DNA of 64,000 bases from Candidatus Dormiibacterota bacterium (lineage in GTDB: Bacteria; Chloroflexota; Limnocylindria; Limnocylindrales; CSP1-4): the NCBI GenBank assembly GCA_035631615.1, contig DASQIK010000016.1:64577-128576 (forward strand). The letters are read 5' to 3'. The notes below the pieces were generated by a model, which made no database searches, had not been told where the DNA came from, and saw only the letters and a list, made by a program, of their open reading frames with translations. The position numbers were made by a program, and so were the translations under genes. Within the stretch, counting starts at the first letter, position 1; each line of letters starts with the position of its first letter. Below, piece by piece: positions 19,644 to 27,478 of this stretch.

Positions 19644-20563
19644 CAGGCGAGGCTCGTTTTCATCGCGGTGGCGGCGATGCCGGTCGCGCCGGGGGCCGGT
19701 GTACCGCCCGACCGCTCGAACGCCTTCGAGGCCGGGCGAATCCCTCGCTCCAGCCATGGTGGGAGGGCACGCCGGCGCTCGATCAATGTGAGGACCGCGA
19801 GCCCCACGACACTGGCGAGCGTCAGGCCGGGGACCGGCAGCGCCCAGAGCACGGCGAGCACCGCTGGCATGACCGGGATCGACATGACCTTGTAGATCGG
19901 CTGCGCGTACGGCCACAGCACCGGCACGGCGAGCCAGAGGGCGCGGCGCGGGCCGAGCGCGGCGAGCGCGATCACCGCGATGGCCATGAGGAGCGGCGCG
20001 CCGTAGGTCGAGTCACCGACGTTCTGGCGCGCCAGGTTGGCGCCGATCCCGGGCAGCTCGTCAAGGAACCGCGCCCAGGGCAGGAAGAGGATGGTCGCCG
20101 CGGTCGCGGCCGCAGCCACGACCAGCGCGGTCATGCGCCGTTCGGCGAGGAGTGGCAGGGCCGCGTACGGCTTCACGAGCACGGCGAGGCCCGCCATGGG
20201 AGCGGCGAATCGCGCCTTCGCATCCCGCCCGACGACGAGCAGGCCGAGCACGAGCACCTCCGGATGCCCGAGCACGATCGCCTCGAACAATGGCGGAAAC
20301 GCCAGCCAGTACGCGGGCAGGCCGAGACGTCTGATCGCCCAGATCGAGATCGCGAGGTCGATGCCGACCCACCCGAACCGCGTGAATTCGTGAGGGAGGA
20401 AGGCGAACGGCGCGAATGGCAGGAGCATCGTCGGTGGCCCGGCGAAGATCGCCAGTGGTGGCCCGACCTGCCACGGATCGGCGCCGGTCAGCCAGGCACG
20501 CGCCGCGTCCGAGTAGATGACGGCATGCGAGCCGAGGATCCCAGGCGCCAGGACGATCACCAC
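19643..20563 (-). CDS. Short polytopic membrane protein, GT-C/GT87-like (paralogue of 10489..11442)
   Basis: 'VIYSDAARAWLTGADPWQV', 'GPPTMLLPFAPFAFLP', 'LPAYWLAFPP' and 'VPVLWPYAQPIY'. The frame stays open upstream of GTG 20563 and encodes a further helix ('WDLALAITFAIGSAWSV'). The real start may therefore be as far as CTG 20647, a CTGA overlap with the upstream stop. Confidence 0.55.
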   Translation of the reverse strand: MVIVLAPGILGSHAVIYSDAARAWLTGADPWQVGPPLAIFAGPPTMLLPFAPFAFLPHEFTRFGWVGIDLAISIWAIRRLGLPAYWLAFPPLFEAIVLGHPEVLVLGLLVVGRDAKARFAAPMAGLAVLVKPYAALPLLAERRMTALVVAAAATAATILFLPWARFLDELPGIGANLARQNVGDSTYGAPLLMAIAVIALAALGPRRALWLAVPVLWPYAQPIYKVMSIPVMPAVLAVLWALPVPGLTLASVVGLAVLTLIERRRALPPWLERGIRPASKAFERSGGTPAPGATGIAATAMKTSLA

Positions 20564-20643
20564 GACCGACCAGGCGCTGCCGATCGCGAAGGTGATCGCC
20601 AGTGCGAGGTCCCATGACAGCCGAGGACGGAGTGCGGTGCCGA

Positions 20644-21843
20644 TCAGAGCCGGATCCCTCCGCCGAGCGCGCCCCAGACGTCGACGACGTCCTTGCCGCC
20701 AAGTTCGAGGCCCTTGTACGGCTTATGGGGCGCGCCGAGGATCAGGATGTCGCTCTCGCTGACGACCTGCTCCAGCGGGATCAGGCGATCGTCGATCACG
20801 TACGGGTCGGTGCACAGCACCCGCGCGCCGGCCCAGGTGAGCAGCTTGCGCACCTTGTACGACAACGACGCGCGCGTGTCGTCCGACTCGGCCTTGAACG
20901 CCATGCCGAGGATCCCGATCGTCTTGCCCTGGAGCGATTCGTAGCGACGCTGGAGCGCCGACACGATGTACGCGGGGAGGCCCTCGTTGACCTGCATCGC
21001 GGCCTGGCCCATCGGGAAGTGGTCGGTCGTGAAGGCGGAGAGCTGCATCGTGTCCTTGAACAGGCACGGTCCCGCGGCGAAGCCCGGGCTGGGCAGGTCG
21101 CGGGCCCGCGGGTAATCCTCGCGGATCGCCTGGAGCACGTTGGTGTAGTCCACGCCGGCTTGGTCCGCGATCATGAGGAACTGGTTCGCGACCGCGAATT
21201 TCAGGTAGCGCCACGTGTTCGTGAACAGCTTCGCGAGCTCGGCCTCCTTCGACGACGTTCGGATCGTCTTGGAGCCGAGGCGCGTGAACAGCTCCGCGGC
21301 GCGCAGCGCGGCGCGATCATCGTCGGCGCCGACGATCTGGGGCAGCGTGTGCAGCTCCTCGAGCGCGTAGCCCTCGGCGATCCGCTCCGGGCAGAACGCC
21401 ACGTCGACCGTGCAGCCACGTTCGGCAAGCTGCTGCCCCACGTAGACCGTCGTGCCCGGATAGACGGTGCTCCGCAGAACCACGAGTGCTCCCTCGCGGA
21501 GATGCGGCGCGATCTCGGACACGGTGCGCTCGAAGATCGTCATCGATGGCCCGTGGAATTCGTCCACCGGCGTTCCGACGACGACCACGACGCGGTCCGT
21601 CCGCTGCAGCATCCGCGGGTCGCTGTCGAACGTGAGCCGGCCGGTGGCGAGGACCTCGGGGAGCAGCTTGTCGGCGCCCGACTCACGGAACGGCATCGAG
21701 CCGCCGGCGATGCGCTCGATGGTCGACTTGTTGATGTCGTAGATGCCGACTCGCCACCCCGTCTCGGCAAACGCGAGGCTCAGGGGCAGGCCGACATGGC
21801 CGCCGCCGCCGAGCACGACGAGATCGAGATCCGACTCCAGCAT
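20644..21843 (-). CDS. Nucleotide-sugar 6-dehydrogenase (UDP-glucose/GDP-mannose dehydrogenase family)
   Basis: 'DLVVLGGGGHVGLPLSLAFAETGWRVGIYDIN' N-terminal Rossmann fold and the catalytic-Cys region 'GFAAGPCLFKDT'. The track ORF extends to 22728 but that part is a low-complexity off-target extension. Start set at ATG 21843. Confidence 0.85.
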   Translation of the reverse strand: MLESDLDLVVLGGGGHVGLPLSLAFAETGWRVGIYDINKSTIERIAGGSMPFRESGADKLLPEVLATGRLTFDSDPRMLQRTDRVVVVVGTPVDEFHGPSMTIFERTVSEIAPHLREGALVVLRSTVYPGTTVYVGQQLAERGCTVDVAFCPERIAEGYALEELHTLPQIVGADDDRAALRAAELFTRLGSKTIRTSSKEAELAKLFTNTWRYLKFAVANQFLMIADQAGVDYTNVLQAIREDYPRARDLPSPGFAAGPCLFKDTMQLSAFTTDHFPMGQAAMQVNEGLPAYIVSALQRRYESLQGKTIGILGMAFKAESDDTRASLSYKVRKLLTWAGARVLCTDPYVIDDRLIPLEQVVSESDILILGAPHKPYKGLELGGKDVVDVWGALGGGIRL

Positions 21844-21948
21844 CGGGTTGGACTCTAGCAGTTGGGACACGTCGTCGACGATGGCACATAGGTGAGGGCA
21901 GGTGCTGAAAACGCGGGTCTGGACGTGTCCCCCTACTCTGTACGACCC

Positions 21949-22917
21949 GTGACTCGACTGCGAACCTTCACCCGACCCACCGCGTTCCGGACGCTCGATC
22001 GCCTGCTCGCTCGCTTGCCCGAGCCCGTCGAGGCGCGCGTTCGGGATCGGCTCGGCCTCGACCTGTTCGTGGTCGTGGCGGTCGTGGTGGTCGCGCTGCG
22101 GCTGTTCAACCGTACCCCGTGGACGCCGGTCGTGCTCGACATGCACACGTACTGGGCCACGGGAGCGGGAATCAGCTACGTCAATTCGAATCCATACGCG
22201 ATCGGCGCCTACCTCTACGCGCCGGCGTTCGCCCAGCTGCTGTACCCGCTGACCACCCTGCCGTGGCCGTGGTTCGCCGCGCTCTGGACCGCGGCGATCG
22301 CGGCGGTCTACATCTGGCTCGTCGGGCGCTGGGCGTTCCCGATCCTGCTGCTCACGGGGGCGGTCGCGCTCGAGCTGTACCTGGGCCAGATCGACGTGTT
22401 CATCGCGGCGGCGATCGTCATCGGCTTCCGGTACCCGGTCGCGTGGGCCTTCCCGCTGCTGACGAAGGTCGCGCCGGGCATCGGCCTGCTCTGGTTCCTG
22501 TTCCGGCGGGAGTGGCGGAATCTCGCCATCGCGGTGACCGCGACGGTCGCACTGGCGGGTGTCTCGGCGTGGCTCGCGCCGAACCTGTGGCACGAGTGGT
22601 ACGACCTCCTCCGCCGCAGCATCATGGACAGGCAGGTCGTCGAGGGCGCGTACCTGGGCATTCCGGTGTGGCTGCGTCTCCCGTTCGCCGTCGCGATCAT
22701 CTTCTGGGGCGCCCGCACGTCCCGGCACTGGACCGTCCCGGTCGCGGTCCTCCTCGCCATGCCGATCCTCTGGATCAACGTCTTCACCCTGCTCCTCGCG
22801 GCCGTGCCGCTGCGCGAGGAGTTCGGCCTCACGCCCGCACGCGCCTGGCTCCTGCGCGAGCGCCTCCTCCCCGACGCCCTCAAGCCCAAGCCCACGGTGG
22901 CCCCACAGGCCGGCTGA
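21949..22917 (+). CDS. GT87/DUF2029-like polytopic membrane protein
   Basis: 'DMHTYWATGAGISYVNSNPYAIGAYLYAPAFAQLLYPLTTLP' resembles the GT87 first-loop motif. About 9 TM helices. Start uncertain: GTG 21949 chosen, GTG 21892 possible. Confidence 0.6.
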   Translation: MTRLRTFTRPTAFRTLDRLLARLPEPVEARVRDRLGLDLFVVVAVVVVALRLFNRTPWTPVVLDMHTYWATGAGISYVNSNPYAIGAYLYAPAFAQLLYPLTTLPWPWFAALWTAAIAAVYIWLVGRWAFPILLLTGAVALELYLGQIDVFIAAAIVIGFRYPVAWAFPLLTKVAPGIGLLWFLFRREWRNLAIAVTATVALAGVSAWLAPNLWHEWYDLLRRSIMDRQVVEGAYLGIPVWLRLPFAVAIIFWGARTSRHWTVPVAVLLAMPILWINVFTLLLAAVPLREEFGLTPARAWLLRERLLPDALKPKPTVAPQAG

Positions 22918-23032
22918 CCTCCGGGAGCGGCCCCTCGCTCCCGCCCGCTTGCCCGGGGCGCCGTCCGCGGTGAACGTCCGCGGCCATTCGGTCGCGCCAA
23001 GCCCGTGTTCGATCCACAGATCGCCGGCGAAT

Positions 23033-23234
23033 GGTCACGCGGTGACCTTTTTCCGCGTTTCTCCGGGGATTTGGCCGACCGATGGCCGTCCCATCAGCCC
23101 ATGACTCGCGCGCCTCGCCGCATCCCGCGTTCGCCAAGCTCGAAGCGACGTCGCGGATCTGCCGTTGGCGGGCAGCAGCCGACGCCGCCCGGCGAAGTCG
23201 GCCGGGAATCCCCGGAAAAGGTCACGTGGTGACC
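23033..23234. repeat. Composite inverted-repeat element, copy 2
   Basis: Left arm GGTCACGCGGTGACCTTTTTCCGCGTTTCTCCGGGGATTT (23033..). Right arm CCGGGAATCCCCGGAAAAGGTCACGTGGTGACC (..23234). Arms and the sub-terminal 45 bp align with copy 1 at 13525..13705. Confidence 0.8.
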
Positions 23235-23300
23235 ACCCGGCGGCTTTCCGTCTCCACAACGCCGTGGATCGTCGAACCCGTGGCCTGTACCGTTCGCTCG

Positions 23301-24890
23301 ATGGCAGCCGCGAAGCAGCCCCGAAGCGCGCGCGCTGCCGGCCTGTCGCTCGCCGAGCTGTGGATGTTCCTCGGCGTAGCCCTGCCGACGCTCGCCGCAC
23401 TCCTCGTCCCGATGCCGTCCGTCGACCTGGCGTACCAGCTGCGTGCCGGCGCGGGGATCCTCGCCGGCCACGGCATCCCGGCCACGGACACGTGGACGTT
23501 CACGATCGCCGGCGCGCCGTGGCTCGACCAGCAGTGGGGTGCGCAGGTGCTCCTCGCCGCGGTGTACCAGGCCGCGGGCTGGACCGGCCTTGCCCTGCTT
23601 CGCGCGGCACTCGTCGGCGCCACGTTCTGGCTGGTCATGGCGACGCTTCGATCGATGGGCTGTGCCGCCCGACCGGCCGCGCTCCTGGCGCTCGGCGGCT
23701 TTGTCGTCGCGGCGCCCGCGCTCGCGCTCCGGCCGCAGCTCTTCACGATCGTCCTGTTCGCTGCGGCGCTCGCGATCCTCGCGGACCGTGCCCGGCACCC
23801 GAGACGTCTCCTCCTCCTGCCGCTGATGGCGGTCGCCTGGGCGAACCTCCACGGCAGCTTCCCGCTCATCGTCGTGGTGCTCGGGCTCGGCTGGGCGGAC
23901 GAGATCGGCCGCGTGCTCGTGGCGCGCGCCGCGATCCGACCCGGCCACGGCCCCGGCCGCGCGTCGGCGGCGATCCGCGGCTCGACCGGCCTCGCCCTCC
24001 TCGCGGCCATCTCGGCGCTGGCGACGCTCGCGACCCCGTTCGGCATCGACGCGTGGCGGTACGTCGAGCACCTCGCGGCAGATCCCTCGGTGACGTCCGC
24101 GGTGAGCGAGTGGCGCCCGCCGTCACCAACCGACCCGACCGGCGCGATCTTCTACATCTCGCTGCTGATCGCGGTGGTAATCGTCGTGCTCCGCGTCCGA
24201 GCCGATCGCAACCGCGTCGTGCCGGCGACGTTCGCCCCGATCGCAACGCTCCTGGTATTCGGCGTCCTCGGCGTGGTGACCGCCCGCGGCCTCGCGTGGT
24301 GGGCGCTGGTCCTGCCGATCTCCGCGTCGGCCCTCACCCACGATGGCAGCCTCGCGCGGTTCCTGCCGCGGCGCCTCGGCGTCCTGCGCACGCTGTTCAC
24401 CGGCCCCAGCGTCCAGTCGCTCGCGCGCCAGAACCGACCCTCCCAGCTGAACACGATCGTGGCACTGCTGCTGATCCTCGTCGGCATTGGCCTGCTGCCC
24501 GCCTGGCGCCCGATCGGCCCGGCCGGCGTCCCGACCGGAGTCCTGAGCTATGCGCCCCAGGGCATCGCGGCCAAGCTCGACGCCTACGCCCGCGCGCGCA
24601 TGCCGATCGGCCTGGTCCGTATTTGGGTGCCGCAGTCATGGGGATCGTGGATCGAGTTTGCGGCGCCCGACGCGCTCGTCTCGGTCGACTCGCGCATCGA
24701 GCTGTACCCGCCCGACATCTGGATTTCCATCGGAACGGTCGCCGCGGGAGGACTGCGTTCGACGACGACGCTCAGCAGCTATCACGCGAACGTCGTGGTG
24801 GTACCCGCGGGTCAGGATTTCTCGGGCTCGAGCGCCTGGGCCATGATCTACCAGGACGCCGACGGCTCGATCTGGGCGACTGGGCCTTGA
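23301..24890 (+). CDS. Large polytopic membrane protein (GT-C-like candidate, family not recognised)
   Basis: About 13 hydrophobic helices. Periplasmic-loop-like motif 'VDLAYQLRAGAGILAGHGIPATDTWTFTIAGAPWLDQQWG'. ATG 23301 chosen. In-frame GTGs at 23226 and 23229 inside the repeat element, preceded by GGAAAAGG, are alternative starts. Confidence 0.6.
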   Translation: MAAAKQPRSARAAGLSLAELWMFLGVALPTLAALLVPMPSVDLAYQLRAGAGILAGHGIPATDTWTFTIAGAPWLDQQWGAQVLLAAVYQAAGWTGLALLRAALVGATFWLVMATLRSMGCAARPAALLALGGFVVAAPALALRPQLFTIVLFAAALAILADRARHPRRLLLLPLMAVAWANLHGSFPLIVVVLGLGWADEIGRVLVARAAIRPGHGPGRASAAIRGSTGLALLAAISALATLATPFGIDAWRYVEHLAADPSVTSAVSEWRPPSPTDPTGAIFYISLLIAVVIVVLRVRADRNRVVPATFAPIATLLVFGVLGVVTARGLAWWALVLPISASALTHDGSLARFLPRRLGVLRTLFTGPSVQSLARQNRPSQLNTIVALLLILVGIGLLPAWRPIGPAGVPTGVLSYAPQGIAAKLDAYARARMPIGLVRIWVPQSWGSWIEFAAPDALVSVDSRIELYPPDIWISIGTVAAGGLRSTTTLSSYHANVVVVPAGQDFSGSSAWAMIYQDADGSIWATGP

Positions 24891-24927
24891 ACCTCGCCAC
24901 CACGGCTGCCGCCCCGGATGGTTGACG

Positions 24928-26001
24928 CTACGGGCGGTAGCTGTGCCAGTAGCGCTCGGCGGCGCCGTTGACCTTGCCGACCGTGCCGATGGCGTTGGCG
25001 AACTGCCGGACGCCCTGGGCCATCGGCTGCTCACCGCCGAAGAGCCGGTCGAGCTGGCTGTCGTACATGGCGATGCCGCGGACCTTGCGCTCGAGCTGAT
25101 CGGAGATGTCCGCGTAGCGCGGGGTGAGGTAGGTGCCCTCGGGGATGCCCTCGAGTGCGGACCTGGGCAGCTCCTCGATCGACTGGAACCCGGTCCACCA
25201 CGCGTACGGAAAGTCCTCGTAGAACACGACCTTGCCCGCCCACTCCGGGCCGGGCATGACCCAGGAGCGAGATTCGGCAAGGAGCGAGACGCCCGCTTCG
25301 CGACACAGCTGGTGATCCACGTGGTTGCCGACCGCGAGCGGGAAGTACACCGACTGCGGCTCGAGCCGGGCGATCTCTCGCCGGAGGATCCCCACCGGCG
25401 CCCTGTCGTCCTCCCGAACCGCACCGAGCAGCTGCTCGTCGCCCTCGTAGCCGCGGAAGACCGCGTCGGCCAGGTCGAGGAACACCACGGACGCCTCGGC
25501 AAAGTACGCGTAGCGCTCGTCCTCGACGCGGCGCCTGGCGACGATCTCGCCGGCCGACGCGGCCTCGAGCAGGTCGTCGGTGTAGAGGGCGCCCTGCGTC
25601 GAGACGTCATCCATGACCGCCTGGCCCGCGAGCGACTTGTTGCGGATGCTCGCCCGGCGGTACCACGAGGCGCGCTGCCAGAACCGCTTGGCGGACGCGT
25701 CGGCGTCGGACTGGGTCGCCTCGAGCCGATCGTCGTCGGCCGACCAGGGCGCGTCGTCGCCGGGCTCGTCGGCGCGGATGCTCGACCGGTTGAACGCCTC
25801 GGTCGCGGGCCACAGCGTCTTCGTCCCGAACCCGAGCGCCTCGCGCTGGTAGGTCGTCAGGCCGCCCGACCCGTTCGTCGCGCTGCCAGAGAAGACGGTC
25901 AGGATCGTGACGTTCTGGCCGAGCTCGCGCAGGCTCGCGATCAGGCCGCCGCACGAGAGTGCGACGTCGTCGGGATGGGGGGCGACGAACACGTGGGCCA
26001 T
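24928..26001 (-). CDS. PIG-L/LmbE family N-acetylglucosaminyl deacetylase with long C-terminal extension
   Basis: 'MAHVFVAPHPDDVALSCGG' (PHPDD zinc motif) and a downstream 'GNHVDH'. Start at ATG 26001 inside ORF 24928..26166. Confidence 0.75.
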   Translation of the reverse strand: MAHVFVAPHPDDVALSCGGLIASLRELGQNVTILTVFSGSATNGSGGLTTYQREALGFGTKTLWPATEAFNRSSIRADEPGDDAPWSADDDRLEATQSDADASAKRFWQRASWYRRASIRNKSLAGQAVMDDVSTQGALYTDDLLEAASAGEIVARRRVEDERYAYFAEASVVFLDLADAVFRGYEGDEQLLGAVREDDRAPVGILRREIARLEPQSVYFPLAVGNHVDHQLCREAGVSLLAESRSWVMPGPEWAGKVVFYEDFPYAWWTGFQSIEELPRSALEGIPEGTYLTPRYADISDQLERKVRGIAMYDSQLDRLFGGEQPMAQGVRQFANAIGTVGKVNGAAERYWHSYRP

Positions 26002-26041
26002 CGGCGACCGAGTATACCGACGGTCGATGCGCCGGCCGACC

Positions 26042-26725
26042 CTACCCGGGCCAGCCCGCCTCGCCAACGAGCGGCACGAACACGACGGGGCCGTCGGACC
26101 ATTCGGTCCAGTCCGCCGCCGATCGACGCTCGACGACCACCAGCTCCTGCCGCTCGCGCGACCCAACCGGGATCACCAGCCGCGCCCCGACCGCGAGCTG
26201 CTCGCGCAGCGGATCCGGGATGGACGGCCCCGCCGCGGTCACCACGATGCCGTCCCACGGCGCTCCATCCAGCTCGCCCAGCGACCCATCGCCGACCCGC
26301 AGGTCAACGCCCCTGACCCCGAGGCCCGCGAGCCGCTCGCGCGCCTCGTCGCTCAACGCCTGATGGCGCTCGATCGACGTCACCGCCGCCCCGAGCCATG
26401 CCAGCACCGCCGCCTGGTACCCGGAGCCGGTGCCGACCTCGAGGATCCGGTCCGCAGCCTCGACCTCGAGCAGCTCGGTCATGCGCGCGACCATGTACGG
26501 CTGGCTGATCGTCTGGCCGGCATCGATCGGCAGCGCACGGTCGTCGTACGCCAACGAGGTGGGCACGCCCGGCACGAATGCCTCGCGCGGGATCGCCGCC
26601 ATCGCCTCGAGGACGCGCTGGTCGCGGATGCCGCGTCGCTCGAGCTGCCCCGCGACCATGTCCGCCCTGGCGCGCCGGGATCCCGAATCGGGCTCGCGCG
26701 ATCGACGACCGAACGGCAGTCGCAC
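26042..26725 (-). CDS. pcm: Protein-L-isoaspartate O-methyltransferase
   Basis: 'GQTISQPYMVARMTELL' and 'ILEVGTGSGYQAAVLAWLG' are Pcm/SAM-binding motifs. Start is GTG 26725 or ATG 26659. Confidence 0.85.
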   Translation of the reverse strand: MRLPFGRRSREPDSGSRRARADMVAGQLERRGIRDQRVLEAMAAIPREAFVPGVPTSLAYDDRALPIDAGQTISQPYMVARMTELLEVEAADRILEVGTGSGYQAAVLAWLGAAVTSIERHQALSDEARERLAGLGVRGVDLRVGDGSLGELDGAPWDGIVVTAAGPSIPDPLREQLAVGARLVIPVGSRERQELVVVERRSAADWTEWSDGPVVFVPLVGEAGWPG

Positions 26726-26766
26726 CAGCCGAGGATACGCCCGGCCCCCACGGGCCGGACCCGACG

Positions 26767-27453
26767 CTAGTTCGGGCCGGTGCTCACGGTCGGGACGGTC
26801 GGGATGGCCGTCGTGCCGGCTCGGCTCGGGGCCGCTGAGGCGGCCGGCGACGCCGCGGACGATGCGCTCGGCGACGCCGCGGACGACGAGCCGGGGGAGC
26901 CGGACGGCGCGGCGCTGCCACTCGGCCCGGGGCTCACGCTCGGTCCGGGCGACGGCGAGACGACGGGCGACGGCGTCGGAATCGGGTTGAAAGCGCCGCC
27001 GCGCCCGAAGGCCATGGCGTTGAGGAAGATCAGCACGAATACGACGATCGACACGATCACGAAGGCCGCGGACGCGGGGTCCTTGATGCGCAGCGCCGGG
27101 TCGATCGGGAACGCGGTCCGCTGGGCCTTGGGCGCGCGCGGTCCGCGGGTCGCAGCAGCGGCGCGCTGGCGAGCCGCCTCGGCGGCGCGCTCTCTCGCAC
27201 CGGGCCGATTCGGCTGGGCTCGATCCGCGGCGGCCTCCTCGGCGACCGCGGCCTGCGCGAGCGCATCGTCGGCCTCCTCGTCGCCGGTGACGATCTCGTC
27301 GGCCCCGGCCCCCGACTCGACCTCCGCCTCGGCCCCCGCGTTCGCCGCCGCGAGCTGGGCGTCGGTCAGGCCGGCGTCGGGATCGCTGGGGTCGATGGGC
27401 GCGGTGTCGGGCGCGTCGGGCGCGCTCGAGCCGGGGTCGCGCTCATCGGTCAT
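26767..27453 (-). CDS. Hypothetical single-pass membrane protein, Ala/Asp-rich N-terminus and Ser/Pro-rich C-terminus
   Basis: 228-aa ORF with a single helix 'AAFVIVSIVVFVLIFLNAMAF'. Flanking regions look low-complexity and disordered. No recognisable domain. Confidence 0.5.
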   Translation of the reverse strand: MTDERDPGSSAPDAPDTAPIDPSDPDAGLTDAQLAAANAGAEAEVESGAGADEIVTGDEEADDALAQAAVAEEAAADRAQPNRPGARERAAEAARQRAAAATRGPRAPKAQRTAFPIDPALRIKDPASAAFVIVSIVVFVLIFLNAMAFGRGGAFNPIPTPSPVVSPSPGPSVSPGPSGSAAPSGSPGSSSAASPSASSAASPAASAAPSRAGTTAIPTVPTVSTGPN

Positions 27454-27478
27454 GGGCGCGCAGTGTACGCGAAGGCCC

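Noticed and set aside
20644-22728. Full 694-aa reading of the dehydrogenase ORF, and similar long N-terminal extensions of 14310..16622, 17887..19440, 18618..19916, 47753..50116, 49563..51545, 50963..53215, 55634..57175 and 56191..58554.
   Set aside because: The extensions are low-complexity, overlap the upstream gene and precede clear family N-termini. Internal ATG or GTG starts that form 4-nt overlaps or have SD sequences were preferred.
23033-23234. Calling the composite inverted-repeat elements a bona fide MITE or mobile element.
   Set aside because: I could see no target-site duplication, no transposase and only two copies in the window. They are reported as repeats with mobility left open.
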